A stretch of DNA of 64,000 nucleotides. Source: Mycobacteriales bacterium (GTDB lineage Bacteria; Actinomycetota; Actinomycetes; JAFAQI01). The DNA lies in the NCBI GenBank assembly GCA_035504215.1, contig DATJSI010000050.1:8340-72339 (forward strand), read 5' to 3'. Shown one piece after another: positions 1 through 13,694 of the stretch. Every line of letters starts with the position of its first letter. The first letter of the stretch is position 1. Under the pieces are notes generated by a model. That model searched no databases. It was not told the DNA's origin and worked only from the letters and a program-made list of their open reading frames with translations. Position numbers and translations under genes: made by a program.

Positions 1-488
1 CGCACGCCCTTGCCCTTGTAGGGCTCCGGCTTGCGGATCTTGCGGATGTTCGCAGCGGTCTCGCCGACCTTCTGCTTGTCGATGCCGGACACCACGAAAC
101 GGGTCGGCGTCTCGACCGCGAAGCTGATGCCCTCCGGCGGCGAGACCATCACCGGGTGGCTGAACCCGAGCGCGAACTCCAGGTCGCTGCCCCTGGCCTG
201 CACGCGGTAGCCGGTGCCGACGATCTCGAGGGTCTTGGAGTAGCCGTCCGTGACACCGGTCACCATGTTGGCGACCAGCGAACGCATGAGGCCGTGGCGT
301 TCCTTGCTCTCCGTCTCATCGTTCGGCCGGGCGACCAGCAGCTCGCCATCAGCTGCCTCGACCGTGATCGGCTCGATGATGGTGAGCGCCAAGGTGCCCT
401 TCGGGCCCTTGACCGTCACGTCACGTCCCTCGATCGTCACGTCGACGCCGGACGGCACCGGGATCGGCATCCTGCCAATGCGGCTCAT
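1..488 (-). CDS. rplF: 50S ribosomal protein L6 (3' end truncated by window edge)
   Basis: Reverse translation begins [31 protein letters not shown] and ends ...[17 protein letters not shown] at position 1. ATG at 488. Sits downstream of rpsH in spc operon order. Confidence 0.85.
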   Translation of the reverse strand, partial: MSRIGRMPIPVPSGVDVTIEGRDVTVKGPKGTLALTIIEPITVEAADGELLVARPNDETESKERHGLMRSLVANMVTGVTDGYSKTLEIVGTGYRVQARGSDLEFALGFSHPVMVSPPEGISFAVETPTRFVVSGIDKQKVGETAANIRKIRKPEPYKGKGV

Positions 489-501
489 CGCGACTCCCCC
501 G

Positions 502-918
502 TCACCAGATGTAGGCGAGGACTTCCCCGCCCACACCCTGCTTGGAGCACTGCCGGTCGGTACGCAGGCCCGCGGAGGTCGAGATGATCGCGACGCCGAG
601 ACCGCCGAGCACCTTCGGCAGGTTCGTCGCCTTTGCATAGACGCGCAGGCCGGGCTTGCTGACCCGGCGTACGCCGGCGATCGAACGCTCGCGGTTCGGG
701 CCGTACTTCAGCGTGACCAGGAGCGTCTTGCCGGGGCCGCTCTGCTCGTCAGCCGCCGGCTCGAGCACCTGCCAGGAGGAGATGTAGCCCTCCTGCTGAA
801 GGATCTCGGCGATCCGTGCCTTGAGCGTCGAGTGCGGCATCGCCACGGTGTCGTGGTACGCCGAGTTCGCGTTGCGCAGACGCGTCAGCATGTCTGCGAT
901 CGGGTCGGTCATTGTCAT
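502..918 (-). CDS. rpsH: 30S ribosomal protein S8
   Basis: 138 aa from [17 protein letters not shown]..., a typical S8 N-terminus. The ORF-track 227-aa frame extends upstream, but the conserved start is at 918. Confidence 0.9.
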   Translation of the reverse strand: MTMTDPIADMLTRLRNANSAYHDTVAMPHSTLKARIAEILQQEGYISSWQVLEPAADEQSGPGKTLLVTLKYGPNRERSIAGVRRVSKPGLRVYAKATNLPKVLGGLGVAIISTSAGLRTDRQCSKQGVGGEVLAYIW

Positions 919-1013
919 TTCTTCGCGGGAACCTTTCTCGCTTCGCTCGAAACGCTCCCGCGAGGGGGAACGACGCCCGAGCTGGTTCGAGGGATGAACA
1001 TGAGGTCGACTAC

Positions 1014-1199
1014 CTACCAGCTGCTCTTCGTGATGCCGGGAAGCTCGCCCGCGTGCGCCATCTCGCGCATGCAGATCCGGCAGAGCCCGAAGACGCGATA
1101 CACCGCGCGGGAACGCCCGCAGCGGGAGCAACGGGTGTAGCCGCGGACGGCGTACTTGGGCTTGCGGGCCGCCTTCGCGATCCACGCCTTCGTCGCCAT
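1014..1199 (-). CDS. rpsZ: 30S ribosomal protein S14 type Z (zinc-binding, 61 aa)
   Basis: 61 aa [49 protein letters not shown] with CxxC...CxxC. Position is between rplE and rpsH. Confidence 0.9.
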   Translation of the reverse strand: MATKAWIAKAARKPKYAVRGYTRCSRCGRSRAVYRVFGLCRICMREMAHAGELPGITKSSW

Positions 1200-1202
1200 G
1201 GG

Positions 1203-1775
1203 TCAGGCCTCCTTGAAGGGGAAACCGAGGGCGCGCAGCAGCGCGCGGCCCTCGTCGTCGGTCGTCGCGCTGGTCACAAGCGTGATGTCCATGCCGCGAA
1301 CCCGGTCGATCGAGTCCGGGTCGATCTCGTGGAACATCGACTGCTCGTTCAGCCCGAAGGTGTAGTTGCCGTTGCCGTCGAGCTTGCGGGCGTCGAGGCC
1401 GCGGAAGTCACGGATTCGGGGCAGCGCGGTCGTGAGCAGCCGGTCGACGAACTCCCACATGCGGTCGCCGCGCAGCGTGACGTGCGCGCCGATCGGCATG
1501 CCCTCGCGCAGCTTGAACTGAGCGATCGAGAGCCGGGCCCGGGCGATCGCCGGGCGCTGGCCGGTGATCGCAGTGAGGTCACGGACCGCGCCTTCAATCA
1601 GCTTCCCGTCGCGCGCGGCCTCGCCGACACCCATGTTGACCTTGACCTTCACCAAGGTCGGGACCTGCATCACGTTGTCGTAGTTGAACTGCTCGAGCAG
1701 CGCCGCGACGATCTCGTCGCGATAGCGCTGCTTGAGCCGCGGAGCCGTCCGCGGTGCGTCGGTGGTCACTGTCAT
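1203..1775 (-). CDS. rplE: 50S ribosomal protein L5
   Basis: 190 aa from [23 protein letters not shown].... Conserved L5 core ([22 protein letters not shown]). The upstream in-frame extension in the ORF track is rejected. Confidence 0.88.
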   Translation of the reverse strand: MTVTTDAPRTAPRLKQRYRDEIVAALLEQFNYDNVMQVPTLVKVKVNMGVGEAARDGKLIEGAVRDLTAITGQRPAIARARLSIAQFKLREGMPIGAHVTLRGDRMWEFVDRLLTTALPRIRDFRGLDARKLDGNGNYTFGLNEQSMFHEIDPDSIDRVRGMDITLVTSATTDDEGRALLRALGFPFKEA

Positions 1776-1794
1776 CGTGTTTCGCTCCCCGGCC

Positions 1795-2121
1795 TCACAG
1801 GTCCTGGTCGCACTTGCGACAGACCCGCACGTTGTGGCCATCCTCGTTGCGCCGGTGCCCGATTCGCGTGGCCTTGCCACAGTGCGGGCACAGGACCTGC
1901 ACGTTGCTCACGTGGATCGGCGCCTCCTGGTGGACGATGCCGCCCTCCTGCGCACCCCGGGTCGTGGTCTGGATCTTGGTGTGCTTCTTGACCCGGTTGA
2001 CGCCCTCGACCAGAACCAGCTGGCGCTGGGGCGAGGTCAGCAGCACCTTGCCTCGCGCGCCGCGGTCCTTCCCGCTGCGCACCAGGACGGTGTCGCCTTT
2101 CTTTACGAACAGACCAGCCAT
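1795..2121 (-). CDS. rplX: 50S ribosomal protein L24
   Basis: 108 aa with a [23 protein letters not shown] motif. Operon position is between rplN and rplE. Confidence 0.88.
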   Translation of the reverse strand: MAGLFVKKGDTVLVRSGKDRGARGKVLLTSPQRQLVLVEGVNRVKKHTKIQTTTRGAQEGGIVHQEAPIHVSNVQVLCPHCGKATRIGHRRNEDGHNVRVCRKCDQDL

Positions 2122-2124
2122 GAC

Positions 2125-2496
2125 CTACAAGACCTCCGGTGCCAGCGAGATGATCCGCATGAAGCGCTTGTCCCGCAGCTCGCGGCCGACCGGACCGAAG
2201 ATGCGGGTCCCCCGCGGCTCGCCACCGCCGTCACGGATCAGGACGGCGGCGTTCTCGTCGAACTTGATGTAGGAGCCGTCCGGCCGGCGGCGGCTCTTCG
2301 CGGTACGGACGACAACCGCCTTGACGACGTCGCCCTTCTTGACGCCCGCCCCGGGCAGGGCGTCCTTCACCGTGCAGACGATGATGTCGCCGATGCCGGC
2401 GTAGCGCCGGCCGGAGCCGCCGAGGACCCGGATGCAGAGGATCTCCTTTGCACCCGTGTTGTCGGCGACCCGAAGCCGGGACTCCTGCTGGATCAT
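2125..2496 (-). CDS. rplN: 50S ribosomal protein L14
   Basis: 123 aa [40 protein letters not shown]..., a highly conserved L14 sequence. Confidence 0.92.
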   Translation of the reverse strand: MIQQESRLRVADNTGAKEILCIRVLGGSGRRYAGIGDIIVCTVKDALPGAGVKKGDVVKAVVVRTAKSRRRPDGSYIKFDENAAVLIRDGGGEPRGTRIFGPVGRELRDKRFMRIISLAPEVL

Positions 2497-2500
2497 GGTG

Positions 2501-2785
2501 TTACTTCGCCTTCTCGAGGATCTCGACGACCCGCCAGCGCTTGCTCGCGGACAGCGGCCGGGTCTCCATCAGCAGCACCCGGTCGCCCACGCCCGAGGTG
2601 TTGTCCTCGTCGTGCGCCTTGATCTTCTTGGTCCGCCGAATGGTCTTGCCGTAGCGCGCGTGCAGGACCCGGTCCTCGACCTCGACCGTCACGGTCTTGT
2701 TCATCTTGTCGCTCACGACGTAGCCCTCGCGAACCTTGCGAAAGCCGCGCGCCGGAGCGCTCGCCGTCGAGGTGGTGTCGGTCAT
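2501..2785 (-). CDS. rpsQ: 30S ribosomal protein S17
   Basis: 94 aa with ...[45 protein letters not shown]. Confidence 0.9.
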   Translation of the reverse strand: MTDTTSTASAPARGFRKVREGYVVSDKMNKTVTVEVEDRVLHARYGKTIRRTKKIKAHDEDNTSGVGDRVLLMETRPLSASKRWRVVEILEKAK

Positions 2786-2792
2786 CGTGTCC

Positions 2793-3026
2793 TCACTCCG
2801 TGTCCGTGACCGGCGCGGACGTCAGCCCGAGCTCGCGCTCGCGCATGACGGTGTAGATCCGCGCGATGTCGTGCCGGACGGTCTGCAGCCGCTTGTTGTT
2901 GTCGAGCTGCCCGGTGGCGGCCTGGAAGCGCAGGTTGAACAGCTCCTCCTTCGACTCCCGGAGCTTGCTCACCAGCTCGTCGTCCTCGAGCCCACGCAGC
3001 TCCACGGCCGGGGTCCCCGCCGCCAT
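2793..3026 (-). CDS. rpmC: 50S ribosomal protein L29
   Basis: 77 aa with [38 protein letters not shown]. One-nt ATGA overlap with the rplP stop. Confidence 0.9.
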   Translation of the reverse strand: MAAGTPAVELRGLEDDELVSKLRESKEELFNLRFQAATGQLDNNKRLQTVRHDIARIYTVMRERELGLTSAPVTDTE

Positions 3027-3445
3027 CAGCCCTCACCCACTTCGCGCGTCACGATCCGGCACTTCATCGGCAACTTGTGGATCGCCCGGGTCAGGGCCTC
3101 TCGTGCGGTCTGCTCGTTGGGATAGGACAGCTCGAACATGACCCGACCGGGCTTGACGTTCGCCACCCACCACTCGGGCGAGCCCTTGCCGGAACCCATC
3201 CGGGTCTCGGCCGGCTTCTTGGTGATCGGCCGGTCCGGGTAGATGTTGATCCAGACCTTGCCACCACGGCGGATGTGCCGGGTGATGGCAATACGGGCCG
3301 ACTCGATCTGCCGGTTGGTGACGTACGCCGGCTCGAGGGCCTGGATGCCGTACTCGCCGAACGCGACCCGGGTGCCGCCCTTGGCGGCACCGGACCGGCC
3401 GGGGTGATGCTGCTTGCGGTGCTTGACCCGCCGCGGGATCAACAT
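3026..3445 (-). CDS. rplP: 50S ribosomal protein L16
   Basis: 139 aa [39 protein letters not shown]..., the canonical L16 start. Confidence 0.93.
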   Translation of the reverse strand: MLIPRRVKHRKQHHPGRSGAAKGGTRVAFGEYGIQALEPAYVTNRQIESARIAITRHIRRGGKVWINIYPDRPITKKPAETRMGSGKGSPEWWVANVKPGRVMFELSYPNEQTAREALTRAIHKLPMKCRIVTREVGEG

Positions 3446-3447
3446 GG

Positions 3448-4347
3448 TCAGGCTCCTTCCGTGGCATCGGAGGTGGCCTCGGTGCCGGCCTCGGCAACCG
3501 GCTCCGCAGCCGGCTCGCCGGCAGCGACCGGCGCGGCCTCGACGGCCGGCTCAGGCGCCGCGGCGGGCGCGGGCTCAGCCACCGGGGCGGGCTCGGCAAC
3601 GGCGGCGGCGCGGCCGCCGTTCACGGCGGCACTGGCCGCGGTCGACGGGCGGTCCCGCCGCGGACGGCGGTTGCGCTGGTCACGAGCCCGCAGCGCGGCG
3701 GCAGCGGCCGCCTCCTCGCGGGTCATGACGTCGTCGCCGGTATAGATCCAGACCTTCACACCGATCCGGCCGAAGGTCGTGCGCGCCTCGTAGAAACCGA
3801 AGTCGATGTTGGCGCGCAGCGTGTGCAGCGGAACCCGGCCTTCGCGGTAGAACTCGGAGCGGCTCATCTCCGCGCCACCGAGTCGGCCACCGCACTGGAC
3901 CCGGATGCCCTTCGCGCCACCCTTCATCGCCGACTGCATCGCCTTGCGCATGGCACGGCGGAAGCTGACCCGGCTCGACAGCTGCTCGGCGACCCCCTGC
4001 GCCACGAGCTGGGCGTCGATCTCGGGGTTCTTGACCTCGAGGATGTTGAGGTTGACATGCTTGTTGGTGAGCTTCTCCAGGTCGCCCCGGATCCGGTCGG
4101 CCTCCGCGCCACGACGGCCGATGACGATGCCCGGCCGCGCGGTGTGGATGTCGACGTTGACCCGGTCGCGGGTGCGCTCGATCTCGACCCGGCTGATCCC
4201 GGCACGTTCCATGCCCTTGGTCAGCAGGCGCCGGATCGCGACGTCTTCTTTGACGTAGTCCCGGTACAGCTTGTCGGCGTACCAGCGGCTCTTGTGCCGG
4301 CTGGTGATGCCGAGCCGGAACCCGTTCGGGTTGACCTTCTGACCCAT
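3448..4347 (-). CDS. rpsC: 30S ribosomal protein S3 with ~80-aa Ala/Pro/Glu-rich C-terminal extension
   Basis: 299 aa [26 protein letters not shown].... KH and S3-C domains are followed by the low-complexity tail [26 protein letters not shown]. Confidence 0.92.
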   Translation of the reverse strand: MGQKVNPNGFRLGITSRHKSRWYADKLYRDYVKEDVAIRRLLTKGMERAGISRVEIERTRDRVNVDIHTARPGIVIGRRGAEADRIRGDLEKLTNKHVNLNILEVKNPEIDAQLVAQGVAEQLSSRVSFRRAMRKAMQSAMKGGAKGIRVQCGGRLGGAEMSRSEFYREGRVPLHTLRANIDFGFYEARTTFGRIGVKVWIYTGDDVMTREEAAAAAALRARDQRNRRPRRDRPSTAASAAVNGGRAAAVAEPAPVAEPAPAAAPEPAVEAAPVAAGEPAAEPVAEAGTEATSDATEGA

Positions 4348-5105
4348 CAGCGGGCCTTCCTGCTCGAACCGACCGCGTGCGCGGCCGAGGACTCCGCGGG
4401 CGCGACGACGATCGTGATGTGACTGCTTCGCTTGCGAATCCGGTACGCGCGACCCTGCGCGCGCGGGCGGAACCGCTTGAGGGTGGGGCCTTCGTCGACA
4501 TAAGCCTCGATGATCACGAGGTCTTCCGCGTCGAGGCGCTGGTTGCGGACGTGCGCGAGGTGCGAGGCGTTGGCGACCGCGGAGTCGAGCACCTTTCCGA
4601 CCGGCTCGCTCGCGGCGTGCGTGTCGAACTTCATCATCGCCTGGGCGTCGCGCGCGGGCATGCCCCGGACCAGGTCGACCACACGGCGAACCTTGGGCGG
4701 CGTCATGCGTACGTATCGAGCGGTCGCCCGGCCGAGGATCTCGTCCTCGTCGAACTCCGAGTAGTCGCGGGTGGATGCCGCCGTGCGCGGGGCCGGGGTG
4801 CGCGCGGCCGGGGCCGTGGCCTGCTCGTCGTCACCGGTGTCGGCCTCGGCATCGGCGGCCGGCTCGGCGTCAGCTGCCGGCTCTGCATCGGCGGCCGGCT
4901 CGGTGCTCTTGCGCGCGCGGCTCGCGCGCTTGCGCGGGGCCGGCGTGGACTCCTCGGCGGGCGCCTCATCGGCGGCCGGTTCGCTCGACGCCTCAGTCGC
5001 CTCGGTCGCCTCGGTCGCCTCGACCGTGTCGGTCGACTCGGGCGTCGCGTCGTCGCCCGACGCAGTGGTCTCGTCGGACTCAGCCACGACGCGACCTCCG
5101 TTCAT
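4347..5105 (-). CDS. rplV: 50S ribosomal protein L22 with long acidic N-terminal extension (start ambiguous, ATG 5105 or GTG 5087)
   Basis: The conserved L22 core [20 protein letters not shown]...[20 protein letters not shown] starts near aa 130. Upstream there is an in-frame 120-aa E/A/T/P-rich region with an [20 protein letters not shown] repeat. Either start codon overlaps the rpsS 3' end. Confidence 0.8.
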   Translation of the reverse strand: MNGGRVVAESDETTASGDDATPESTDTVEATEATEATEASSEPAADEAPAEESTPAPRKRASRARKSTEPAADAEPAADAEPAADAEADTGDDEQATAPAARTPAPRTAASTRDYSEFDEDEILGRATARYVRMTPPKVRRVVDLVRGMPARDAQAMMKFDTHAASEPVGKVLDSAVANASHLAHVRNQRLDAEDLVIIEAYVDEGPTLKRFRPRAQGRAYRIRKRSSHITIVVAPAESSAAHAVGSSRKAR

Positions 5106-5361
5106 CCTTGACGTGGCCGCGGAACGTGCGGGTCGGGGCGAACTCCCCCAGCTTGTGTCCGACCATTGCCTCGGTCACGAACACGGGCACGTGCTTGCGC
5201 CCGTCGTGCACCGCGATCGTGTGCCCGAGCATCGACGGCACGATCATCGAACGCCGGGACCACGTCTTGATGACGTTCTTGGTGCCCTTGTCGTTCTGCG
5301 CGTCCACCTTCTTGGTGAGGTGGTCGTCGACGAACGGCCCCTTCTTCAAACTGCGCGGCAT
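5080..5361 (-). CDS. rpsS: 30S ribosomal protein S19
   Basis: 93 aa [64 protein letters not shown]. Confidence 0.93.
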   Translation of the reverse strand: MPRSLKKGPFVDDHLTKKVDAQNDKGTKNVIKTWSRRSMIVPSMLGHTIAVHDGRKHVPVFVTEAMVGHKLGEFAPTRTFRGHVKDERRSRRG

Positions 5362-5374
5362 GTCTCGTTAACTC

Positions 5375-6211
5375 CTAGCGCCTCTTCGTGGCCTTGCGGC
5401 GGCGGACAATGAGGCGATCGCTGTCCTTGTGGGCACGGCGAGTTCGGCCCTCGGGCTGGCCCCACGGGCTGACCGGGTGCCGGCCACCGGAGCTCTTGCC
5501 CTCACCACCACCGTGCGGGTGGTCGATCGGGTTCATCGCGACGCCACGGACCGACGGGCGACGTCCCTTCCAACGCATCCGCCCGGCCTTGCCCCAGTTG
5601 ATGTTCGACTGCTCGGCGTTGCCGACCTCGCCGATCGTCGCCCGGCAGCGAGCGTCGACGTTGCGGATCTCGCCGGAGGGCATGCGCAGCTGCGCCATCC
5701 CGCCGTCCTTCGCCACGAGCTGCACGCTCGAGCCGGCGGAGCGGGCGATCTTGGCGCCGCCGCCCGGGCGGAGCTCGATCGCGTGCACGACCGTGCCGAC
5801 CGGGATGTTGCGCAGCGGCAGGTTGTTGCCCGGCTTGATGTCGGCCGACGGCCCGGCTTCGACGGTGTCGCCCTGGCTGAGCCGCGCGGGAGCGATGATG
5901 TAACGCTTCTCACCATCGGCGTAGTGCAGCAGCGCGATCCGCGCCGTACGGTTCGGGTCGTACTCGATGTGCGCGACCTTGGCCGGCACGCCGTCCTTGT
6001 CGTTACGCCGGAAGTCGATGACCCGGTAGGACCGCTTGTGGCCGCCGCCCTGGTGACGTGCGGTGACCCGGCCGTGGACGTTACGGCCGCCCTTGCCGTG
6101 CAGCGGACGGACGAGCGACTTCTCGGGCTCCGAGCGGGTGACCTCGACGAAGTCCGCGACGCTCGCGCCACGCCGTCCGGGGGTAATCGGCTTGTACTTG
6201 CGGATTCCCAT
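5375..6211 (-). CDS. rplB: 50S ribosomal protein L2
   Basis: 278 aa [24 protein letters not shown].... Conserved motifs include GRNxxGRxTxRHxGGGHKR. Confidence 0.93.
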   Translation of the reverse strand: MGIRKYKPITPGRRGASVADFVEVTRSEPEKSLVRPLHGKGGRNVHGRVTARHQGGGHKRSYRVIDFRRNDKDGVPAKVAHIEYDPNRTARIALLHYADGEKRYIIAPARLSQGDTVEAGPSADIKPGNNLPLRNIPVGTVVHAIELRPGGGAKIARSAGSSVQLVAKDGGMAQLRMPSGEIRNVDARCRATIGEVGNAEQSNINWGKAGRMRWKGRRPSVRGVAMNPIDHPHGGGEGKSSGGRHPVSPWGQPEGRTRRAHKDSDRLIVRRRKATKRR

Positions 6212-6510
6212 CAGACCGGTCCTCCGAACAGATCGATGCGGTCGCCCGGCCGGAGCGACACAACCGCACGCTTGCTGCTGTTGCGTACGCCGTAACCGTT
6301 ACGGGTCCGCTTGCGCTTGCCCGGACGGTTGATCGTGTTGACCGAGACCACGCCGACGTTGAAGACCTGCTCCACCGCGATGCGGATCTGGGTCTTGTTG
6401 GCGTCCGGACGCACCAGGAAGGTGTACTTTCCCTCGTCCAGCAACCCGTAGCTCTTCTCGGAGATCACCGGGCCGAGCAGGATGTCGCGAGGATCAGGAA
6501 TCGTGCTCAC
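6211..6510 (-). CDS. rplW: 50S ribosomal protein L23
   Basis: 99 aa with [43 protein letters not shown]. Confidence 0.9.
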   Translation of the reverse strand: MSTIPDPRDILLGPVISEKSYGLLDEGKYTFLVRPDANKTQIRIAVEQVFNVGVVSVNTINRPGKRKRTRNGYGVRNSSKRAVVSLRPGDRIDLFGGPV

Positions 6511-7427
6511 TGCGACTCCTCCTCTTCGGTTGCGTCTTCATCGGTTGCGTCCGCCGCCGCGACGGTCTTCTTCGCCGCGGCCTTCTTGGCCGGCGCCTTC
6601 TTCGCCGCGGGCGGCGCATCGTCGTCGGCAGCCGCCTTCTTCGCGGCCGTCTTCTTGGCCGGCGACTTCTTCACGGGAGCCGGCTCGTCGACGACCGCTT
6701 CGGCCGGCTCGGCCTCGGGTGCCGGTGCCTTCTTCGCCGGGGCCTTCTTGGCCGGCTTGGCCACGGGGGTCACCGCAAGCAGGTCGACCGCCTCGCCGGT
6801 CGCCTTGCCACCGGCGACGAAGCTGGCCAGCGCGCCCTCGGTGAAGACGACGTCGTCGCTCACGAGCACGTCGTAGGTGTTGAGCTGGTCGGGCGCGATC
6901 ACGTGGACCGTCTCGACGTTGCGCAGGCTCTTCCAGGTCAGCTCGTCGGTGCGGTCGAGGACGACCAGCACGTGCCGGCTCGAGGCGACGCCGGCAAGCG
7001 CAGCCGCCGCCTGCTTGGTCGACGGGGTGTCACCTTCGACCAGCGAAGACACGACGTGCAGCCGCCCGCCGCGAGCCCGGTCGGACAGCGCCGAGCGCAG
7101 CGCGGCCGCCTTCATCTTCTTCGGAGTGCGCTGGGAGTACGAGCGCGGGGTCGGACCGTGGACGACCCCACCCCCGACGAACTGCGGCGCTCGGGTCGAG
7201 CCCTGCCGGGCGCGGCCGGTGCCCTTCTGCCGGTACGGCTTGCGGCCACCGCCGCGAACCTCGCCGCGGTTCTTGCTGTCGTGGGTGCCCTGCCGGGCCG
7301 CCGCGAGCTGCGCGACGACGACCTGGTGGACGAGCGGGATGTTCACGTCGACGTCGAACAATGCCTCCGGCAGCTCGATCGTCCCGGTGACCTCGCCCTC
7401 CGAGGACTTCACTTCGACGGTGGGCAT
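6507..7427 (-). CDS. rplD: 50S ribosomal protein L4 with ~90-aa Lys/Ala/Pro-rich C-terminal extension
   Basis: 306 aa. The L4 core ([33 protein letters not shown]) is followed by an [16 protein letters not shown]...[12 protein letters not shown] histone-H1-like tail. Confidence 0.9.
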   Translation of the reverse strand: MPTVEVKSSEGEVTGTIELPEALFDVDVNIPLVHQVVVAQLAAARQGTHDSKNRGEVRGGGRKPYRQKGTGRARQGSTRAPQFVGGGVVHGPTPRSYSQRTPKKMKAAALRSALSDRARGGRLHVVSSLVEGDTPSTKQAAAALAGVASSRHVLVVLDRTDELTWKSLRNVETVHVIAPDQLNTYDVLVSDDVVFTEGALASFVAGGKATGEAVDLLAVTPVAKPAKKAPAKKAPAPEAEPAEAVVDEPAPVKKSPAKKTAAKKAAADDDAPPAAKKAPAKKAAAKKTVAAADATDEDATEEEESQ

Positions 7428-8092
7428 CAGCGCGCACCTCCGCGAACGACCGGCGCCTTCGCGGCGCTACGAACGAGAACGAGGGTCCCTGCCGGTCCCG
7501 GGATCGACCCCTTGATCAGGAGCATGCCCTTCTCGGCGTCCACCGAGTGCACGCGCAGGTTGAGCGTCGTCGTGCGCACGGCTCCAAGACGACCGGCCAT
7601 CCGCATGCCCTTGAACACGCGACCGGGTGTGGCGCAGCCACCGATCGACCCCGGCGAGCGGTGCTTGCGCTGCACGCCGTGACCACCGCCGAGTCCGCCG
7701 AAGCCGTGCCGCTTCATGACGCCTGCGAAGCCCTTGCCCTTGCTGGTCGAGATGACGTCGACGAGCGTGCCCGGCTCGAACACCTCGGCCGTGATCTCCT
7801 GGCCGAGCTCGTAGGTCGAGGCATCGGTCGTGCGGAGCTCGGCAAGGTGACGGCGCGGCGGGACACCGGCCCGGCCGAAGTGCCCGGACAGCGGCTTGTT
7901 GACCTTGCGCGGGTCGACCGCACCGAACCCGAGCTGGATCGCGTCGTACCCGTCGGTTGCCGGCGTGCGGACCTGGGTGACCACGCACGGCCCGGCCTTC
8001 ACCACCGTCACGGGTACGAGCCGGTTCGCCTCGTCCCACACCTGGGTCATCCCGAGCTTCTCGCCCAGGATTCCCTTGCGTTCGCGATTCAT
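7427..8092 (-). CDS. rplC: 50S ribosomal protein L3
   Basis: 221 aa with ...[38 protein letters not shown]... Confidence 0.9.
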   Translation of the reverse strand: MNRERKGILGEKLGMTQVWDEANRLVPVTVVKAGPCVVTQVRTPATDGYDAIQLGFGAVDPRKVNKPLSGHFGRAGVPPRRHLAELRTTDASTYELGQEITAEVFEPGTLVDVISTSKGKGFAGVMKRHGFGGLGGGHGVQRKHRSPGSIGGCATPGRVFKGMRMAGRLGAVRTTTLNLRVHSVDAEKGMLLIKGSIPGPAGTLVLVRSAAKAPVVRGGAR

Positions 8093-8198
8093 CGTCCAGT
8101 CCTTCGAGGTGCCATTGACTCAGGTGACGGCTGAGCCGCCGCGTGCTGGCGCACGCAAGGCGACGAGAAGGCAGCCAGTCGGCGGGTGGGAGTCGTCA

Positions 8199-8507
8199 TC
8201 AGAGCTTGATCTCGATGTCGACGCCGGCGGGAAGATCCAGCCGCATGAGGGAATCGACGGTCTTCGGGGTCGGGTCGAGGATGTCGATCAGCCGCTTGTG
8301 GGTGCGCATCTCGAAGTGCTCGCGCGAGTCCTTGTACTTGTGCGGCGAGCGGATCACGCAATAGACGTTCTTCTCCGTCGGCAACGGCACCGGGCCCGCG
8401 ACCTGAGCGCCCGTCCGGGTCACCGTCTCGACGATCTTGCGCGCCGACGAGTCGATGATCTCGTGGTCGTAGGCCTTGAGCCTGATGCGGATCTTCTGTC
8501 CCGCCAT
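8199..8507 (-). CDS. rpsJ: 30S ribosomal protein S10 (possible alternative start at 8519)
   Basis: [76 protein letters not shown], highly conserved S10. Confidence 0.9.
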   Translation of the reverse strand: MAGQKIRIRLKAYDHEIIDSSARKIVETVTRTGAQVAGPVPLPTEKNVYCVIRSPHKYKDSREHFEMRTHKRLIDILDPTPKTVDSLMRLDLPAGVDIEIKL

Positions 8508-8613
8508 CTCGCCCGTCACATTCCTTACTCGTCAGGTGGTGCTGCTGCTCGGTGCCTTACGGGGGGTGGTGCGGCGTCGCGGCGCCCGGTCCCCCGAGCG
8601 CCGCGACGCTGGA

Positions 8614-9807
<1,194 letters not shown>

Positions 9808-9892
9808 CTTTGTCCTCCCTTTGCCCCGCGAGCGCGCGTGTTGCGCCTAGATCCCGCGGGTGCCCCTTTCTTCTTGGTTGCGGTCTGTGGTC

Positions 9893-12001
<2,109 letters not shown>

Positions 12002-12046
12002 TTCTGTTCGTTCCTCAGCGTCGTTGGTGAGTAGTTCTCGTCCCGC

Positions 12047-12517
12047 TTACCAGCGGTAGTGCGCGAAGGCCTTGTTGGACTCCGCCATCTTGTGGGTGTC
12101 CTCGCGGCGCTTGACCGCGGCACCGAGGCCGTTGCTGGCGTCGAGCAGCTCGTTGGTCAGCCGCTCGGTCATCGTCTTCTCGCGGCGCTGCCGGGAGTAC
12201 ATGACCAGCCAGCGCAGCGCGAGGGTCGTCGCCCGGCCGGGCTTGACCTCGACCGGCACCTGGTAGGTCGCGCCGCCGACCCGGCGGCTCTTGACCTCGA
12301 GTGCCGGCCGGACGTTGTCGAGCGCGCGCTTGAGCGTGACGACCGGGTCGGTCCCGGTCTTGTCGCGACAGCCCTCCAGCGCGTCGTAGACGATGCGCTG
12401 GGCGAGCGAGCGCTTCCCGCCGGTCAGGATCTTGTTGACCAGCGAGGTGACGATCGGCGAGCCGTAGACCGGGTCGGCGATGACCGGGTGCTTGGCAGCG
12501 GGGCCCTTACGCGGCAT
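12047..12517 (-). CDS. rpsG: 30S ribosomal protein S7
   Basis: 156 aa [48 protein letters not shown]... Confidence 0.95.
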   Translation of the reverse strand: MPRKGPAAKHPVIADPVYGSPIVTSLVNKILTGGKRSLAQRIVYDALEGCRDKTGTDPVVTLKRALDNVRPALEVKSRRVGGATYQVPVEVKPGRATTLALRWLVMYSRQRREKTMTERLTNELLDASNGLGAAVKRREDTHKMAESNKAFAHYRW

Positions 12518-12520
12518 CGC

Positions 12521-12892
<372 letters not shown>

Positions 12893-13196
12893 TCGCCGTT
12901 CTCCTCGTGCGTGCGGATGGTGCGGTTCGTATGTTTTTGCGCCGATATCCCCGACCCACGCGGTCGGGTGTGTCGCACGCTCCGCGCTCCGCCCGCGCCG
13001 ACCGGCGCGAGAATCTGCTCGGAGGGTCCCGACACCCGGCCCCGCACGTTCAGATGCCCGGCGCAATGAACTCCGGGCGCCGTCACCGTGCTGGTCACGA
13101 GCGTGTCGGGTTGCACGACACAGCGTCCGGATCGCTCCAGACACCGCGTGCCACACTAGCCGAGCGCGAACCGCCGGGTCAAAACCTGCCCGTTGG

Positions 13197-13223
13197 GGGT
13201 AGTGGGTCAGTTTGAGCGGGACG
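13197..13223. repeat. left terminal inverted repeat (IR-L) of the insertion
   Basis: GGGTAGTGGGTCAGTTTGAGCGGGACG; its exact reverse complement occurs at 16348-16374. Confidence 0.8.
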
Positions 13224-13262
13224 TTTCTGGCGATGCTTGACCGCTCACGCTAGCCTTGAAGC

Positions 13263-13415
13263 ATGGCCAAGACAGCAGTAGCGGCCGGCGACCCCGGTGA
13301 CTGGTTCGCGCTCATCCTGATCCTAATCTCGCTCGGCATCCTGCCTGGCAAGTGGAAGGGCACCGTATCGGGCGCGGCGACTCTGTACTGGATTTGGAAG
13401 AGGTTCGGCGAGTGA
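13263..13415 (+). CDS. 50-aa hydrophobic peptide with one predicted transmembrane helix (below ORF-track size cutoff)
   Basis: Hand translation MAKTAVAAGDPGDWFALILILISLGILPGKWKGTVSGAATLYWIWKRFGE. The TGA stop overlaps the GTG start of the next ORF (GAGTGA). Located just inside IR-L. Confidence 0.4.
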   Translation: MAKTAVAAGDPGDWFALILILISLGILPGKWKGTVSGAATLYWIWKRFGE

Positions 13416-13645
13416 CGCCGAAGCGTCCCCGTGACCTGAACCAGCTCGCGGCCAGGCTAGTCGAACTAGCCACCGATCCGGACGCCGAGGACACGCCCGA
13501 CACCGGCAAGGACCCAGCTGCGGTTAAGCTCGGACGACGGGGAGGGCTCAAAGGCGGCCGGGCCCGCGCCGACAAGCTCACCGCGGAGCAGCGCAGCGAG
13601 ATCGCCAGGAAGGCCTCCGCCGCTCGGTGGAAACGCGACCGCTAG
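13412..13645 (+). CDS. small basic protein (~77 aa) with C-terminal K/R-rich motif GGLKGGRARADKLTAEQRSEIARKASAARW; putative nucleic-acid-binding
   Basis: The in-frame ORF track starts at 13352. GTG at 13412 is preferred because a GGAAGAGG RBS lies 8 nt upstream and it is coupled to the preceding peptide stop. The C-terminal motif recurs in many small bacterial proteins (recalled from memory). Confidence 0.55.
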   Translation: MTPKRPRDLNQLAARLVELATDPDAEDTPDTGKDPAAVKLGRRGGLKGGRARADKLTAEQRSEIARKASAARWKRDR

Positions 13646-13694
13646 CGCTGGTAGCATCCCACCGATGTAATTCAATCCGGATGGGGGTGCCCGC

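Noticed and set aside
3033-3745. Several 100-220-aa R/P/A-rich ORFs on both strands within the rplP-rpsC region
   Set aside because: They are alternative frames of bona fide ribosomal-protein genes and reflect GC-rich composition.
13352-13411. ATG start at 13352 for the small basic protein
   Set aside because: It would overlap the preceding TM-peptide gene by 64 nt and has no RBS. GTG at 13412 has a GGAAGAGG RBS and a GTGA coupling, so it is preferred, though not certain.
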